Shown here piece by piece: positions 49,962 through 61,330 of a DNA stretch of 64,000 nt. Position 1 is the first letter of the stretch, and the number at the start of each line of letters is the position of its first letter. Made by a program: the position numbers and the translations under genes. This stretch comes from Nitrosopumilus sp. (lineage in GTDB: Archaea > Thermoproteota > Nitrososphaeria > Nitrososphaerales > Nitrosopumilaceae), in the NCBI GenBank assembly GCA_965204345.1, contig OZ241981.1, positions 1,440,001 through 1,504,000 of the forward strand. Reading direction: 5' to 3'. The notes below the pieces were generated by a model. The model was not told where the DNA came from. It made no database searches and saw only the letters and a list, made by a program, of their open reading frames with translations.

Positions 49962-50198
49962 GTGCTAATTTCTGTTAGATGTTTAACATGTGGAAAACTA
50001 ATATCAGACAAGTTTGATGATTATCAAAATAAAATTAAGGCAGGCGAAGATCCTACAAAAACTCTTGATTCCTTAGGAATAGAGAGATACTGTTGCAGAA
50101 GAATGCTTTTGACTACTGTTGAAACAATTCAGCAAGTAATCCCATTTTATGAAGCAATTCAGAGAAGAAAACAAGAAGTTCAATCTGAGTTAGAATAA
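49962..50198 (+). CDS. rpo10: RNA polymerase subunit Rpo10 (N)
   Basis: VRCLTCG...RYCCRRMLL; GTG start. Confidence 0.93.
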   Translation: MLISVRCLTCGKLISDKFDDYQNKIKAGEDPTKTLDSLGIERYCCRRMLLTTVETIQQVIPFYEAIQRRKQEVQSELE

Positions 50199-50199
50199 C

Positions 50200-51438
50200 T
50201 TGGCTAAAATTTCTTCAATTGAAGGACGTATTCTATACAATAGTAGAGGAAGTAAAACAATCGAAATAGATGTTCAAACAGACAATAAATTTCTAGGAAG
50301 GGTATGTGCACCATCAGGTGCAAGTGTAGGAAAATATGAAGCAGTTAATTTTCCAAATGAAAAGCCCGAAGAAAGTCTCAGAATTTTAAAAGAAAATTCT
50401 CAAAAGTTTATAGGAGTAGAATCATCGGATCTAAAAGCAATTCATGATGTACTAAAAAAATTAGATGAAACTAGTAATTATTCAACAATTGGAGGAGCAC
50501 TAGCTTTTGCAGTAACAATTGCATCGATGGAATCAGCAGCAAAAGCATCAAGCGAACCATTGTTTAAAATACTCTCACCTAAATCAGAATTCAAATTTCC
50601 ATTTCCATTAGGAAATATTTTGGGTGGTGGAGTACATGCAGGTCCTGGAACCCCGGATATTCAAGAGATACTGATTTGTGCCACAGGCTCAAAAACTATT
50701 GAAGATGCAATTAAAACTAATTTGTTAATTCATAAAGAATTACGTAGTGTTTTAGAAAAAGAAGATCCTAACTTTACAAATGGACGCGGAGATGAGGGTG
50801 GGTGGGCACCAAAATTAGAAAATCACAAAGCATTAGAAATATCTGTAAAAGCATGTGAGAATCTAGGATTTACTCTAGGAAAAGAGGTAGCGCTAGGAGT
50901 AGACTTTGCATCATCTACCCAATGGAATGAAGAAAAAGAAAAATACGTTTATGATAGGGCAGGGTTTGAAAATTCAACTGGAGAACAAATTGATTTTGCA
51001 GCAAACATTATTGAGAAATTTAAATTGATTTATGCAGAAGATGCCGTTCATGAAGAAGCATTTGAAGACATGGCAGAATTAACCAAAAAATTCCCAAAAA
51101 CGCTGATTACTGGTGATGATCTGACAGTTACAAATACGGATATTTTAGAAAAAGCAATAAATGCAAAAGCATGTAATGCGGCCATCTTAAAAGTCAATCA
51201 GGCAGGAAGTCTTTTTGATGCTTTAGAGTTTGCAGAAAAGGCAACTGAGAACAATATCAAATTAATCACATCACACAGATCAGGAGAATCTACAGATTCA
51301 CAAATATCTCATATTGGCTTAGCTACAAAGTCAAAAATGCTCAAAGTTGGCATAGTTGGAGGAGAAAGGGTGGCAAAGCTCAATGAATTATTACGCCTAT
51401 CAGAGCATGATTTAATATGCGGTATGGCGGAGATTTAA
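50200..51438 (+). CDS. eno: Enolase
   Basis: NSRG, PSGAS.G, GDEGG, GDDL, LKVNQAG, SHRSGES. Confidence 0.93.
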   Translation: MAKISSIEGRILYNSRGSKTIEIDVQTDNKFLGRVCAPSGASVGKYEAVNFPNEKPEESLRILKENSQKFIGVESSDLKAIHDVLKKLDETSNYSTIGGALAFAVTIASMESAAKASSEPLFKILSPKSEFKFPFPLGNILGGGVHAGPGTPDIQEILICATGSKTIEDAIKTNLLIHKELRSVLEKEDPNFTNGRGDEGGWAPKLENHKALEISVKACENLGFTLGKEVALGVDFASSTQWNEEKEKYVYDRAGFENSTGEQIDFAANIIEKFKLIYAEDAVHEEAFEDMAELTKKFPKTLITGDDLTVTNTDILEKAINAKACNAAILKVNQAGSLFDALEFAEKATENNIKLITSHRSGESTDSQISHIGLATKSKMLKVGIVGGERVAKLNELLRLSEHDLICGMAEI

Positions 51439-51445
51439 AATCGTC

Positions 51446-52069
51446 ATGAGCCAACAAACCGAAGGAACAGACATAAAAAAGAAAGTTCTAGCAACAGGAA
51501 TCCGGGTAGGAACACAAGTAAAAACAAAATTCATGGTGCCATTTATCACACAAGCCAGCCCTGAAGGGCTATACATGCTAGATTTAGACATTACACTAGA
51601 AAAAATTCAAACTGCCGCCAAATTTATCAATAGGTTAGGCGCAGATAATCTCATTGTTTGTTCAGGCAGACAACATGCAGAAACCCCAGTTGAGAAATTC
51701 TGTGAAGCCCTGGGAGCAAAAAAACTATTTGGAAGATTCATGCCAGGCACTTTGACAAACCCATCTTTACCATATTACATTGAACCAAAACTGCTTTTAA
51801 TTTCAGATCCACAAGTAGATGAACAGGCAATTATTGAGGCAACAAATGCGGGAATTCCAATAATAGGAATTGCAAATACAGATAATATTACATCAAACCT
51901 AGATGTAATTATTCCGGCAAACAATAGGGGAAGAAAAGCTCTGGCAACAGTTTACTGGCTATTGGTACGCCAAGTCCTAATTGAAAAAGGAGAGCTAAAG
52001 GAAAACGATTCAATGAAAGAGGAAATAGATGATTTTGAAACAAAGATTACCGAAGAGGAAACCGAATAA
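51446..52069 (+). CDS. rps2: 30S ribosomal protein S2
   Basis: GRFMPGTLTNP, IPANNRG. Confidence 0.95.
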   Translation: MSQQTEGTDIKKKVLATGIRVGTQVKTKFMVPFITQASPEGLYMLDLDITLEKIQTAAKFINRLGADNLIVCSGRQHAETPVEKFCEALGAKKLFGRFMPGTLTNPSLPYYIEPKLLLISDPQVDEQAIIEATNAGIPIIGIANTDNITSNLDVIIPANNRGRKALATVYWLLVRQVLIEKGELKENDSMKEEIDDFETKITEEETE

Positions 52070-52092
52070 GTATCAGAATCCAAAGTGTTTAC

Positions 52093-53037
52093 TTGAAATC
52101 TAAAGCTTCTGCACCAGGAAAAGTAATTCTTTTTGGAGAGCATTTTGTAGTATATGGAGTAAAGGCAATACTTTGTGCAATTAACAAAAGAGCTAGCGTG
52201 ACTGCAGAAAAAATCCAAGAAAATAAAATTTCTATAAAGTCAAACATTGGAGATTTAACATTAGAACTGAACAAACCAATCACAGATATTAATTCGCCGC
52301 TAAAACCATTTTATTATCTAGCAAACAAAATGATGAAAAATCAAAGTGGAGGGATTCAAATTAGTGTAGAATCCGACATACCATTAGGCGTTGGATTGGG
52401 ATCATCATCAGCATGTTGCGTTGCAGGGGCTGCTGCAATTTCTAGATTATTTGCAGAAACATCCAAAAAAGAGATACTTGAGCTTGCAATTGAAGCTGAA
52501 AAAACAATTTTTAAAAACACGTCAGGAGCAGATTGCACTGTCTGTACGTATGGAGGAATAATGGAATATGATAAACAAAATGGTTTTAGAAAGATTGAAT
52601 CCGAGCCCAATTTTGATCTAGTAATTGCCAATTCAAACATAGAGCACTCTACAGAATCAATAGTATCCCAAGTCAGCGAGTTTAAAGAAAAAAATAAAAC
52701 GGAATTTTCTATACTATGTGAGAATGAATCAAGGCTGATAGATGATGTTTTAGAAAGACTGAAAGAAAACAACATCAATGAAATAGGCATTAAAATAAAA
52801 CAAAATCAAGAATATCTTGAAATTATAGGAATTTCCAATGATAAATTAAGAAAAATGATCCACATAGCTCAAAATGAATCATTTGGCGCAAAAATTACGG
52901 GGGCCGGTGGGGGAGGATGCATTTATGCGCTTACTGATAAATCTAATCTTGATCAAACCATAAATCAATTCAAAAAAGAAAATTATGATTGTTTTTCAGT
53001 CAAAATTGATTTTGAAGGACTGATACTTTATAATTGA
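52093..53037 (+). CDS. mvk: Mevalonate kinase
   Basis: APGKVILFGEHFVVYG, PLGVGLGSSSA, SGAD, KITGAGGGG. Confidence 0.93.
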   Translation: MKSKASAPGKVILFGEHFVVYGVKAILCAINKRASVTAEKIQENKISIKSNIGDLTLELNKPITDINSPLKPFYYLANKMMKNQSGGIQISVESDIPLGVGLGSSSACCVAGAAAISRLFAETSKKEILELAIEAEKTIFKNTSGADCTVCTYGGIMEYDKQNGFRKIESEPNFDLVIANSNIEHSTESIVSQVSEFKEKNKTEFSILCENESRLIDDVLERLKENNINEIGIKIKQNQEYLEIIGISNDKLRKMIHIAQNESFGAKITGAGGGGCIYALTDKSNLDQTINQFKKENYDCFSVKIDFEGLILYN

Positions 53038-53047
53038 TCAGATAATT

Positions 53048-53809
53048 TTGAACAACATGATTCTAATAAAATTAGGTGGCTCGATTATCACAAATAAAGA
53101 AAAACCATTATCTGTAAGAAGAAAAACCATTGAAAATTTATCCAAAAGTTTGAAAAAAATCAAAGAGCCCATGATTGTTGTTCATGGAGGAGGATCTTAT
53201 GGGCATTACTGGTCTGTCAAATACGATATGCATACAAAAGAAAAAAAATATGATCCAAAAGGGGTTGCAATTGTTAAAAATTCAATGATTGAGCTAAACA
53301 AAATAGTTTTAGATTCCATGTTGAAAAATAGGTTAAATCCATACTGTCTGCCGCCAACAGATTTTATGGCTGGGAATAAGCCAATCCCAAAAAAAATCAA
53401 AGAAATTCAAATGATTGCAAAATCAGGACTGGTTCCAGTCACATATGGGGATGCGTTATGGTATGGCCAGAATAAAACATACATCTTGTCAGGAGATAGG
53501 ATAATGACTCATATTGCAAAGATACTAAAACCCAAACTTTGTATTTTTGCATTAAATGAAGATGGATTGTATTCAGACTTGAAATCAAAAAAACTAATTT
53601 ATGAATTACAAGGCGAACATACAAAAATTCCGGAAAATAAAATGGATGTTACCGGTGGAATGAGACGAAAAGTGGACGAAGCTACAAAAATTGCAAAGAT
53701 GGGAACCGATGTGTTATTTACAAATGGAAACAAGCCTGAAAGAATTGTAAAGGCGGTTAAAAATAGGAAATTTGAAGGAACGTTGTTTAGAGGTAAAAAG
53801 AATGTCTGA
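53048..53809 (+). CDS. ipk: Isopentenyl phosphate kinase
   Basis: KLGGSIITNK, HGGGSYGH, SGD, DVTGGM..K. Confidence 0.9.
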   Translation: MNNMILIKLGGSIITNKEKPLSVRRKTIENLSKSLKKIKEPMIVVHGGGSYGHYWSVKYDMHTKEKKYDPKGVAIVKNSMIELNKIVLDSMLKNRLNPYCLPPTDFMAGNKPIPKKIKEIQMIAKSGLVPVTYGDALWYGQNKTYILSGDRIMTHIAKILKPKLCIFALNEDGLYSDLKSKKLIYELQGEHTKIPENKMDVTGGMRRKVDEATKIAKMGTDVLFTNGNKPERIVKAVKNRKFEGTLFRGKKNV

Positions 53810-54455
53810 GGAATTTGTAATTCTAGTGGATGAAAATGATAATCCAATTGGAAGTGAAGAAAAAGTAAAATGCCATCAGCCCAATGGAAAATTACATAGG
53901 GCATTTACCGCATTATTATTTGATAATGAAGGGAGGCTAGTTCTCACAAGAAGAGCAAAAGAAAAAATGTTGTGGCCAAATGATTGGGATGGAACGTTTG
54001 CAAGTCATCCAAGAGAGTCAGAGACCTATGTTTCGTCAGGAGAAAGAAGAATGCCAGAAGAATTAGGCATCAAAGGCACGCTTGATTATTTGCATAAATT
54101 CGAATATCATGTCCCATACAAAGACGTAGGTTCTGAGAATGAGGTATGCGGGACCCTTATTGGAATAATTGACAAACCTACAGAATTAAAAAAAATTGCA
54201 GGAGAAATTGATGAGATTAAATGGATTTCCTCTAAGGAACTACTTGCAGAACTGAAGATGAATCCACAGATTTATTGTCCTTGGATGTTAATTGCCTTGG
54301 AATTACTAGATAAATCAGAAAAATCCATGCTTGAAAAATATGCAAATGTCTTATCTACATGGATAAACAGTGAAGAAGTACATGAAGAACTACAAAAAGC
54401 AATCAAGATTCATCTGCCAAATGACAAATGGAGATTAGTAAATGAAAAAAACTAG
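53802..54455 (+). CDS. idi: Isopentenyl-diphosphate isomerase type 1 (Nudix fold)
   Basis: K..CH...GKLHRAF, ASHP, EELG, ENEVC; start at ATG 53802. Confidence 0.85.
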   Translation: MSEEFVILVDENDNPIGSEEKVKCHQPNGKLHRAFTALLFDNEGRLVLTRRAKEKMLWPNDWDGTFASHPRESETYVSSGERRMPEELGIKGTLDYLHKFEYHVPYKDVGSENEVCGTLIGIIDKPTELKKIAGEIDEIKWISSKELLAELKMNPQIYCPWMLIALELLDKSEKSMLEKYANVLSTWINSEEVHEELQKAIKIHLPNDKWRLVNEKN

Positions 54456-55422
54456 GCAAATCGAGCAAAATGCAAAAACTGTAAACAAATATCTGAATTC
54501 AAAATTAAATGGCAATCCCAAAAAATTGTATGATGCAGCAGGACATTTGATTGTAAATGGCGGAAAAAGACTCAGACCATATATGGTGATCAAAAGCTGC
54601 CAGATTTTAAAAGGAAAGACATCCAATGCGATACCAGCTGCTAGTGCAGTAGAAATGGTTCATAACTTTACCCTAGTTCATGATGACATTATGGATAATG
54701 ATGAAATGCGTCATGGAGTGCCAACAGTTCATAAAAAATTTGGTATGCCAATTGCAATTCTTGCAGGAGATGTATTATTTTCAAAAGCATTTCAGGTCAT
54801 TACAGACTCGAAACTAACAGCAAATGCTACAACACAGTTGGTTTCCAGACTTGCAAAAGCTTGTGTGGATGTGTGTGAAGGACAATTGTTAGATGTAAAA
54901 ATGGCAGAAGAAAAAAAGATTCCATCACAAGCAGAATACATTACAATGATTGGTAAAAAAACTGCGGCATTATTTGATGTATCATGTGCAATGGGAGCAA
55001 TTTGTGCCACAAACAAAATAAAAGATATCTCAAACCTCTCATCATTTGGAAGAAACCTGGGAATCGCCTTTCAAATCACAGATGATCTTATTGGGGTAAT
55101 GGGAAATCCAAAAATAACAAAAAAGCCGGTAGGAAATGATCTTAGAGAAGGTAAAAAATCGCTTCCTATTCTGATGGCAATCAAATCAGCAAAAGGCAGT
55201 GATAAAAAGGCAATTCTAAAGGCATTTGGGAATTCAAAAGTATCAAAAAAGGATCTTAGTAAAGCAGTAGATGTCATTTGTTCGTTGGGAATTGAAAAAA
55301 ATGTTCGAAAACAGGCTCTAAAATATGCTGAAAAGGCTGAAAAATCACTGACAAAGTATTCCGGTTCAGCAAAAGCAGAATTAATGTCATTATTGGATTT
55401 TGTAGTTAAGCGAAGTGTATAG
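54442..55422 (+). CDS. Geranylgeranyl diphosphate synthase
   Basis: GGKRLRP, HDDIMD..RHG, GQLLD, KTA, FQITDD. Confidence 0.92.
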   Translation: MKKTRQIEQNAKTVNKYLNSKLNGNPKKLYDAAGHLIVNGGKRLRPYMVIKSCQILKGKTSNAIPAASAVEMVHNFTLVHDDIMDNDEMRHGVPTVHKKFGMPIAILAGDVLFSKAFQVITDSKLTANATTQLVSRLAKACVDVCEGQLLDVKMAEEKKIPSQAEYITMIGKKTAALFDVSCAMGAICATNKIKDISNLSSFGRNLGIAFQITDDLIGVMGNPKITKKPVGNDLREGKKSLPILMAIKSAKGSDKKAILKAFGNSKVSKKDLSKAVDVICSLGIEKNVRKQALKYAEKAEKSLTKYSGSAKAELMSLLDFVVKRSV

Positions 55423-55443
55423 TTATAACAAACAAGAGATATC

Positions 55444-57156
55444 ATGAATGAAGAACTAAAAAAAGAAATTAGAAAAATGGCTCTTCAAAATGCCTTTGAG
55501 CACGGAGGGGAAACACGAGATAAAATAATTTTAGGAAAAATTCTTGGAGCAAAACCGGAATTTAGAAATCAAATAAAAGAGATTTCTGAAGAGATTTCCG
55601 AAATTGTTACAGCAGTAAACAAATTATCATCAGGCGAGCAAGAAAAAGAAATTAAAGAAAATTTTCCCGAATTGTTAGCACCAAAAGAAAAAATTGAAGA
55701 AAGAGAGGGATTGCCGGAATTAAAGGATGCAGAACAAGGAAAAGTTATCACAAGATTTCCTCCAGAGCCCAACGGTTATCCGCACATCGGCCATGCAAAA
55801 GCTGCCATCATTAATTCTGAATATGCCAAAATGTATGGTGGAAAATTTATCTTAAGAATGGATGACACCAATCCTGAAGCAGAAAGAATGGAATATCATG
55901 CAGCCATCAAAGTAGGCTTAGAGTGGTTAGGAATAGAATTTGATACAGTAAAGAGTACCTCAGATGATATGGAGTTATTTTATGAGAAAGGAATGGAATT
56001 AATCAGTTCAGGAAAAGCGTATGTTTGTACTTGTAAAAGAGACGATATCAGTAAAAATAGAAGAGAAAGAAAGGCATGCAAATGCAGTACGGCAGATATT
56101 GAAAAAAACAATAAAAATTGGACAAAGATGAATGAAAAATTCAAGCCAGGGGATGCGATTGTAAGATTTCGTGGGGACATGAAAGCAGACAATGCAGTTA
56201 TGCGAGATCCGGTTTTGTTTAGAATTATTGAAGGAAAACATTACACATTGGGTGAAAAATATCGCATTTGGCCCAGTTATGATATGGCTGTTGCAATAGA
56301 GGACAGTGTTGATGGGGTAACTCATGCCTTTCGTTCAAAAGAGTTTGAATTGAGAAAAGAGCTAACTGACACAATTTTAGACGCATTAAACATGAGAAAA
56401 CCTGCCCAGGGGTTTTTCTCAAGGCTAGAATTCAAGGGAATGCCAATCTCAAAGAGAATTATCAAGCCATTGATTGAAGAAGGCAAGGTATCATGGTATG
56501 ATGATCCAAGACTTCCAACACTTGAAGCATTAAGAAGACGGGGCATCAAGCCTGAGGCCATCAGAAAATTCATCATGTCTTTGGGATTAACAAAGGCAAA
56601 CACATTAGCGCCGTTTGATTCACTTGAAGCATTTAATCGAAAATTCGTAGATGCAAGCAGTATCAGATTGTTTATGGTAAGCCATGCAAAGAAACTACTA
56701 GTAAGAAACTTGTCATTATCATCTGTTGAAATTCCAAACCATCCAACTAATGATATGGGACAGAGAAAAATCGAAATCGATGGGAACTTTTACATTTCAG
56801 GCGATGATGCACAAAATATCAAAGAAGGGACACAAATTCGTCTTTTAGGCCTTGGAAATGTGTCAATAACAAAAGAAGGAAGTGAGCTAGAGGGAGAATT
56901 TGTAAAAAGCGAGGATATTACAAACATCGCAAAAATGCAATGGGTTCCTCAAAAGACAGCACATGGAATTAAAATGATTATCCCAAAAACACTGTTCAAT
57001 GATGATGAGGAATTTAATGAAAATAGTCTGAAGGAATTAGACGTTTATACAGAACCGCATTATCTACAATTAAAAGAAGGGGAAGAAATACAATTTGTTA
57101 GATTTGGATACTGTAGAAAAGATTCACAAACTCAAGCAATTTTTACACACAAGTGA
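55444..57156 (+). CDS. gltX: Glutamyl-tRNA synthetase
   Basis: RFPPEPNGYPHIGH, DDTNP, ISKR, QFVRFGY. Confidence 0.95.
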   Translation: MNEELKKEIRKMALQNAFEHGGETRDKIILGKILGAKPEFRNQIKEISEEISEIVTAVNKLSSGEQEKEIKENFPELLAPKEKIEEREGLPELKDAEQGKVITRFPPEPNGYPHIGHAKAAIINSEYAKMYGGKFILRMDDTNPEAERMEYHAAIKVGLEWLGIEFDTVKSTSDDMELFYEKGMELISSGKAYVCTCKRDDISKNRRERKACKCSTADIEKNNKNWTKMNEKFKPGDAIVRFRGDMKADNAVMRDPVLFRIIEGKHYTLGEKYRIWPSYDMAVAIEDSVDGVTHAFRSKEFELRKELTDTILDALNMRKPAQGFFSRLEFKGMPISKRIIKPLIEEGKVSWYDDPRLPTLEALRRRGIKPEAIRKFIMSLGLTKANTLAPFDSLEAFNRKFVDASSIRLFMVSHAKKLLVRNLSLSSVEIPNHPTNDMGQRKIEIDGNFYISGDDAQNIKEGTQIRLLGLGNVSITKEGSELEGEFVKSEDITNIAKMQWVPQKTAHGIKMIIPKTLFNDDEEFNENSLKELDVYTEPHYLQLKEGEEIQFVRFGYCRKDSQTQAIFTHK

Positions 57157-57162
57157 TCAACA

Positions 57163-58032
57163 ATGAAGATAGCACGACTATTATATGATAATAATGAAAC
57201 ATATGGTTTTGTTAATGGTAATAAAGTATCTACAAAAAATGAGATTACTTATTTAACAGGGGTTCCAATTCCTGAAAACGTCAAAGATTTTCTTTTTGAT
57301 GGTTGGTATGACGAAATCAAAAATAAAATTAAGGATTTGCCATATGGGGAAGATATTTCAAAATACAAACTGTTATCGCCCATTCCAAATCCCAACAAGA
57401 TTATTTGCCTAGCATTCAACTATGTAGACCACGCTAAAGAGCAAGGATTAAAGGCACCAGATGATCCGGCCCTAGTCATCAAGCCACGAACAGCATTAAA
57501 TGGTACTGACTCGGATATAGTTTGTCCAGATTTTGTTACACAATTAGATTATGAGGTTGAATTAGCCCTGATTATCGGAGAAAACTGCAAAAATGTCAGA
57601 GTTGAGGATGCACCAGATAAGATATTTGGTTATATGATATTCAATGATGTATCAGCAAGAGACATTCAGTTCAAAGATAAACAGTTCACAAGAGGAAAAA
57701 GTTTTGATTCCTTTGCACCGTGCGGTCCATGGATAACAACAAAAGATGAAATTCAGGATCCTCACAATCTCAAAATAACCACCAAAATTAACGGAGAATT
57801 AAGGCAGAACTCATCATCAAGTAACATGTTTATCAAAATTCCAGAAATTGTCTCAAAAATTTCCAAGGTTATGACATTGGAAAAAGGAGATATTATTTCC
57901 ACAGGGACTCCTGCAGGAGTGATGCTAAACAAACCAAATGCAGTATTTTTGAAAGATGGAGATAAGGTAGAAATGGAAATTGAAAAGTTGGGAAAATTAA
58001 ATAATACGGTAAAAATTGTCAAATCAGATTAA
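57163..58032 (+). CDS. Fumarylacetoacetate hydrolase family protein
   Basis: NYVDHAKE, DYEVEL, NDVSARD, GKSFD, TGTPAGV. Confidence 0.92.
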   Translation: MKIARLLYDNNETYGFVNGNKVSTKNEITYLTGVPIPENVKDFLFDGWYDEIKNKIKDLPYGEDISKYKLLSPIPNPNKIICLAFNYVDHAKEQGLKAPDDPALVIKPRTALNGTDSDIVCPDFVTQLDYEVELALIIGENCKNVRVEDAPDKIFGYMIFNDVSARDIQFKDKQFTRGKSFDSFAPCGPWITTKDEIQDPHNLKITTKINGELRQNSSSSNMFIKIPEIVSKISKVMTLEKGDIISTGTPAGVMLNKPNAVFLKDGDKVEMEIEKLGKLNNTVKIVKSD

Positions 58033-58079
58033 TGATTTTTTCATTCAATAAAATGATATTTTCTGTTCTAAAGAATTAA

Positions 58080-58790
58080 AACTAGATAACCTCTCTTTGG
58101 TTAAAGTTTGAATACGTCCACAATTTTTTTCCTATTCCAAAATTTTCTAAGAATGACAGAATATTGAAAGTTAAAGTATCAGAATTAAAAAAACCCAAAG
58201 TGATAATCAATGTTTTTTGAAAATGTTGCGAATCAGCCAAAATTGCAAATGGATTTATTTCCATCAATACAAGATTTAAGAAGATTAATTTTGTTTAGAA
58301 AGTAATGACAATCATCAGGAGAAAACTGCCTCCAAGATTTTGCATAATGTGAATACGACTTGCAATCGACTGTTTTTTCAAAATGGACATCATCATGATC
58401 AGAATTAATTTCTAGATCTGATGAGTAAAAATTCCAAGTTTGAAAAGTATCATAGTCTAAAGAACTGATAGAGATAGAATTCTCAGTATCAATCAACATG
58501 TAAGAATAAGACAAATTCTTGTTTATGCCAAATAATTTTGGCATGTTTTACTAGTTCAAATGCAGTATTTTGAGATTGGAAATAGCATCAATTCAAATAC
58601 CTTCAATCCAACTTGTTCATGAGAGTAAGATGCATGACAAATTCCAATTGGGGATTTTTTCTCATCCAAAGATGAAATGTCCTTCAGATAACCTAAAATC
58701 CCAAAACATGTTCAGTATATTGCCCCAGGAAAAAAGTATTTTTACAAAATTTTCAAATCGGATTTTTTTAATCTAAACTGCCTGTATTTC
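58080..58790. pseudogene. AT-rich interval with fragmented frames, probable gene remnant
   Basis: Only short overlapping ORFs with no recognisable motif. Confidence 0.25.
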
Positions 58791-58839
58791 TAATTGTCAT
58801 GGCATACAAAAAATTATTAAGAATAATCAGATAAGGGTT

Positions 58840-59151
58840 TTGATGGGTAAAATTATTGCAGGTAAAACATCAGATATTCCGCCTGGAAAAATGATCAAGG
58901 TGTCAATTGACGGTAGGGATGTGCTAGTTGCAAACATTGATGGGGAATATTGTGCCACAGATGATTCATGCACGCATTCCGGGTCTAGTCTGTCCGAAGG
59001 AACATTAGATGGATGTACTATTACATGTGGCTGGCATGCAGCAGAATTTGATTGTAAAACTGGAAAACTAGTTAAATTTCCGGCAAAAATTAGAGATTTA
59101 ACATCATATAATGTTGTAGTAGAATCAGACAGTGTATTTGTAGAGATGTAA
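58840..59151 (+). CDS. Rieske-type [2Fe-2S] ferredoxin
   Basis: CTH...CGWH. Confidence 0.9.
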   Translation: MMGKIIAGKTSDIPPGKMIKVSIDGRDVLVANIDGEYCATDDSCTHSGSSLSEGTLDGCTITCGWHAAEFDCKTGKLVKFPAKIRDLTSYNVVVESDSVFVEM

Positions 59152-59187
59152 CTATATACTCCTATTTTTTAAGAAAAAGTGTAAAAA

Positions 59188-59457
59188 ATGACTGACGATG
59201 CTCAAAATAAGGAATCAATGAAGGAAGCAATTGAAACATTAGAACAGATTACTGCAAGTAATTCAACACCAAAAACAATTAAAAAATCAGTTACGGATTT
59301 AATTGCAGATCTAAACAATCCAGAATATTCATTGTCAGTTAGGGCAGCAAATACAATTAGCTTGCTAGATGATGTTACACAAGATCCTAACATGCCATCA
59401 TATGTACGGACACAATTATGGCAAGCAGTTTCAAAATTAGAAAGCATAAGAGAATAA
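59188..59457 (+). CDS. UPF0147 family protein
   Basis: VRAANTISLLDDVTQDPNMPSYVRT.LW. Confidence 0.85.
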   Translation: MTDDAQNKESMKEAIETLEQITASNSTPKTIKKSVTDLIADLNNPEYSLSVRAANTISLLDDVTQDPNMPSYVRTQLWQAVSKLESIRE

Positions 59458-59482
59458 ATTCTCATGTACAGTACTTACAATA

Positions 59483-60247
59483 ATGAAGATTGAAGAATAT
59501 TTAGAAACCCTTCCAGACAATTTACTTAGTGGGGAAGACGTTCAATTACCTGAGAAATCATTCAGGGAGATCTTTAAATTTGTCAAATTAGGCAAAAATG
59601 ACATTTTTTATCATTTGGGATGCGGGAATCAAAAAGGCGTTGAAATAGCGATTAAAGAATTTCAAGTGAAAAAGGCGATAGGGCTTGACAATAATTTAGA
59701 GAAGATAACTAATGCTAGAAAAAACCTTGGTGATGATAAAAAAAATAATGTAAAAATGATCTGCCAAAATATTACAGAGTCCAATATCTCAGATGCCACA
59801 GTAATTTTGTTTTGGTTTACAGATGAGAATGTGATAAATAAAATGCTAGAAAAATTTCAAGCCCTAAAACCTGGAACAAAAATAATCACAATTTGGGGGC
59901 CCCTTCCAGATTGCATACCGGATGAAGTAAGCTTTCCATACATCATAAACAAAGTCCCATTCAAAAAAGCACAAAACATGCAAGAGCAAGTATTAGCAAT
60001 ATTTGGTGTAAAGTGCATAGACTTTGTTACAGCATGGGAATATGCAGAAAGATATACCAAATCCATAGGATCTCCGGAAATTAAAAATGATCGATTTTTA
60101 ACAATTATACAAACATTGACTATTTGGATTAATGCAAAAAAGCTAGGAATAGCATGCGGCGATAAAGTTCCAGAATCAATTCAAACATATATTAACATAA
60201 TGAAAATGCATTTTGACATAGATTTTGAACACCTACTAAAAGAATAG
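59483..60247 (+). CDS. SAM-dependent methyltransferase-like protein
   Basis: FYHLGCG motif I variant, DATVILFW, LKPG. Confidence 0.7.
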   Translation: MKIEEYLETLPDNLLSGEDVQLPEKSFREIFKFVKLGKNDIFYHLGCGNQKGVEIAIKEFQVKKAIGLDNNLEKITNARKNLGDDKKNNVKMICQNITESNISDATVILFWFTDENVINKMLEKFQALKPGTKIITIWGPLPDCIPDEVSFPYIINKVPFKKAQNMQEQVLAIFGVKCIDFVTAWEYAERYTKSIGSPEIKNDRFLTIIQTLTIWINAKKLGIACGDKVPESIQTYINIMKMHFDIDFEHLLKE

Positions 60248-60287
60248 CCTATGTAATCCTTTTATTTTGTTTTTACACAATAAAGAC

Positions 60288-60635
60288 ATGGAAGAAAGAT
60301 TACACATCAATGTATCAGCAGTAGATTATGACAAAACCAGCAAGGCATTAACTCATCAATTAACTTTACTGGAGGAAATGATGCATGGCCAGGAAGATTT
60401 TGTTATGACGGATTCAGAGTTTGCTTTTGGTTGGCATTTTTTTGTTCTAAGCGTAAATAAATCACTAGTTAACAAATTGGTTCAAACGATGGGGTCAGAT
60501 TTTGAACGATTAAAGGGCAAGGGAACAGAAAAGAAATTTTTGGCATGGCTAACAAAAAATATAGAAAACAAGTCGCCCAGATTCAAGCTTGCTATCAAAG
60601 AAGAAATGGAATCCAGTAAATTTGGAATTTTTTAA
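60288..60635 (+). CDS. Hypothetical protein
   Basis: Clean ORF co-oriented with its neighbours. Confidence 0.65.
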   Translation: MEERLHINVSAVDYDKTSKALTHQLTLLEEMMHGQEDFVMTDSEFAFGWHFFVLSVNKSLVNKLVQTMGSDFERLKGKGTEKKFLAWLTKNIENKSPRFKLAIKEEMESSKFGIF

Positions 60636-60969
60636 AATGATTAAATTCCTCATATAGGCTAATCGATAAATACATTGGTACTAAACGAAAACAAAAAAAA
60701 TCTAAAACAACTAAGGCAATTCCTTAAAAGAGAGGAAATCAAAAAATGAGCAAGCTTGAGAAAAGAATAACCGTTTTTGAAAATTGCATTGGCAATCTTG
60801 AATTATTATGAATCTTCTCAAAAAGAAAATAGACGGTTTTGAAACCATGAAAAAGCAAAAAAGACAATGCCCATGTATGGAGACATGGACAACAAGCCCA
60901 AAACCAGTATTTAGAAGAAATCTTAAGTTATATTTCCACATTGGAAACCAAAAAGAACGAGTTGGTACA

Positions 60970-61330
60970 GCTCTATAATTTTATGAGAAACACCCAAAAC
61001 GAGTTTCAAGAAATGCGATAACAGATGTTTCTGTTGTGACTTGCATCATTGCATCTATATCAAATACAGCATCTGTGTTAGTTCGTGCTATGCCTTTACT
61101 TGATATGATAAGCCTGCAAACAGAAACTTTCAATAGTCTTGTTTGGGCTGACAAAATATCTTGCTTTTAATTTCAGATGATTTATGAGCCATGTTGTTTG
61201 ACATTACAGGAGTAGAGTCAGAATCGCCAGTCTCAATACGCCTATTTTTACGCCAATCTCGTTGGGGACAAGTTTTATCGACATTCAGTATGCCAGTTCC
61301 ACAATTTTTACATTTATCAATTCCTAAATC
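60970..61330 (-). pseudogene. Remnant of a zinc-ribbon protein
   Basis: Minus strand reads LGIDKCKNCGTGILNVDKTCPQRDW (fourth Cys lost), followed by stops. Confidence 0.4.

Noticed and set aside
52093-55422. IPK with type-1 IDI as a novel isoprenoid route
   Set aside because: Consistent with known thaumarchaeal mevalonate-pathway gene content.
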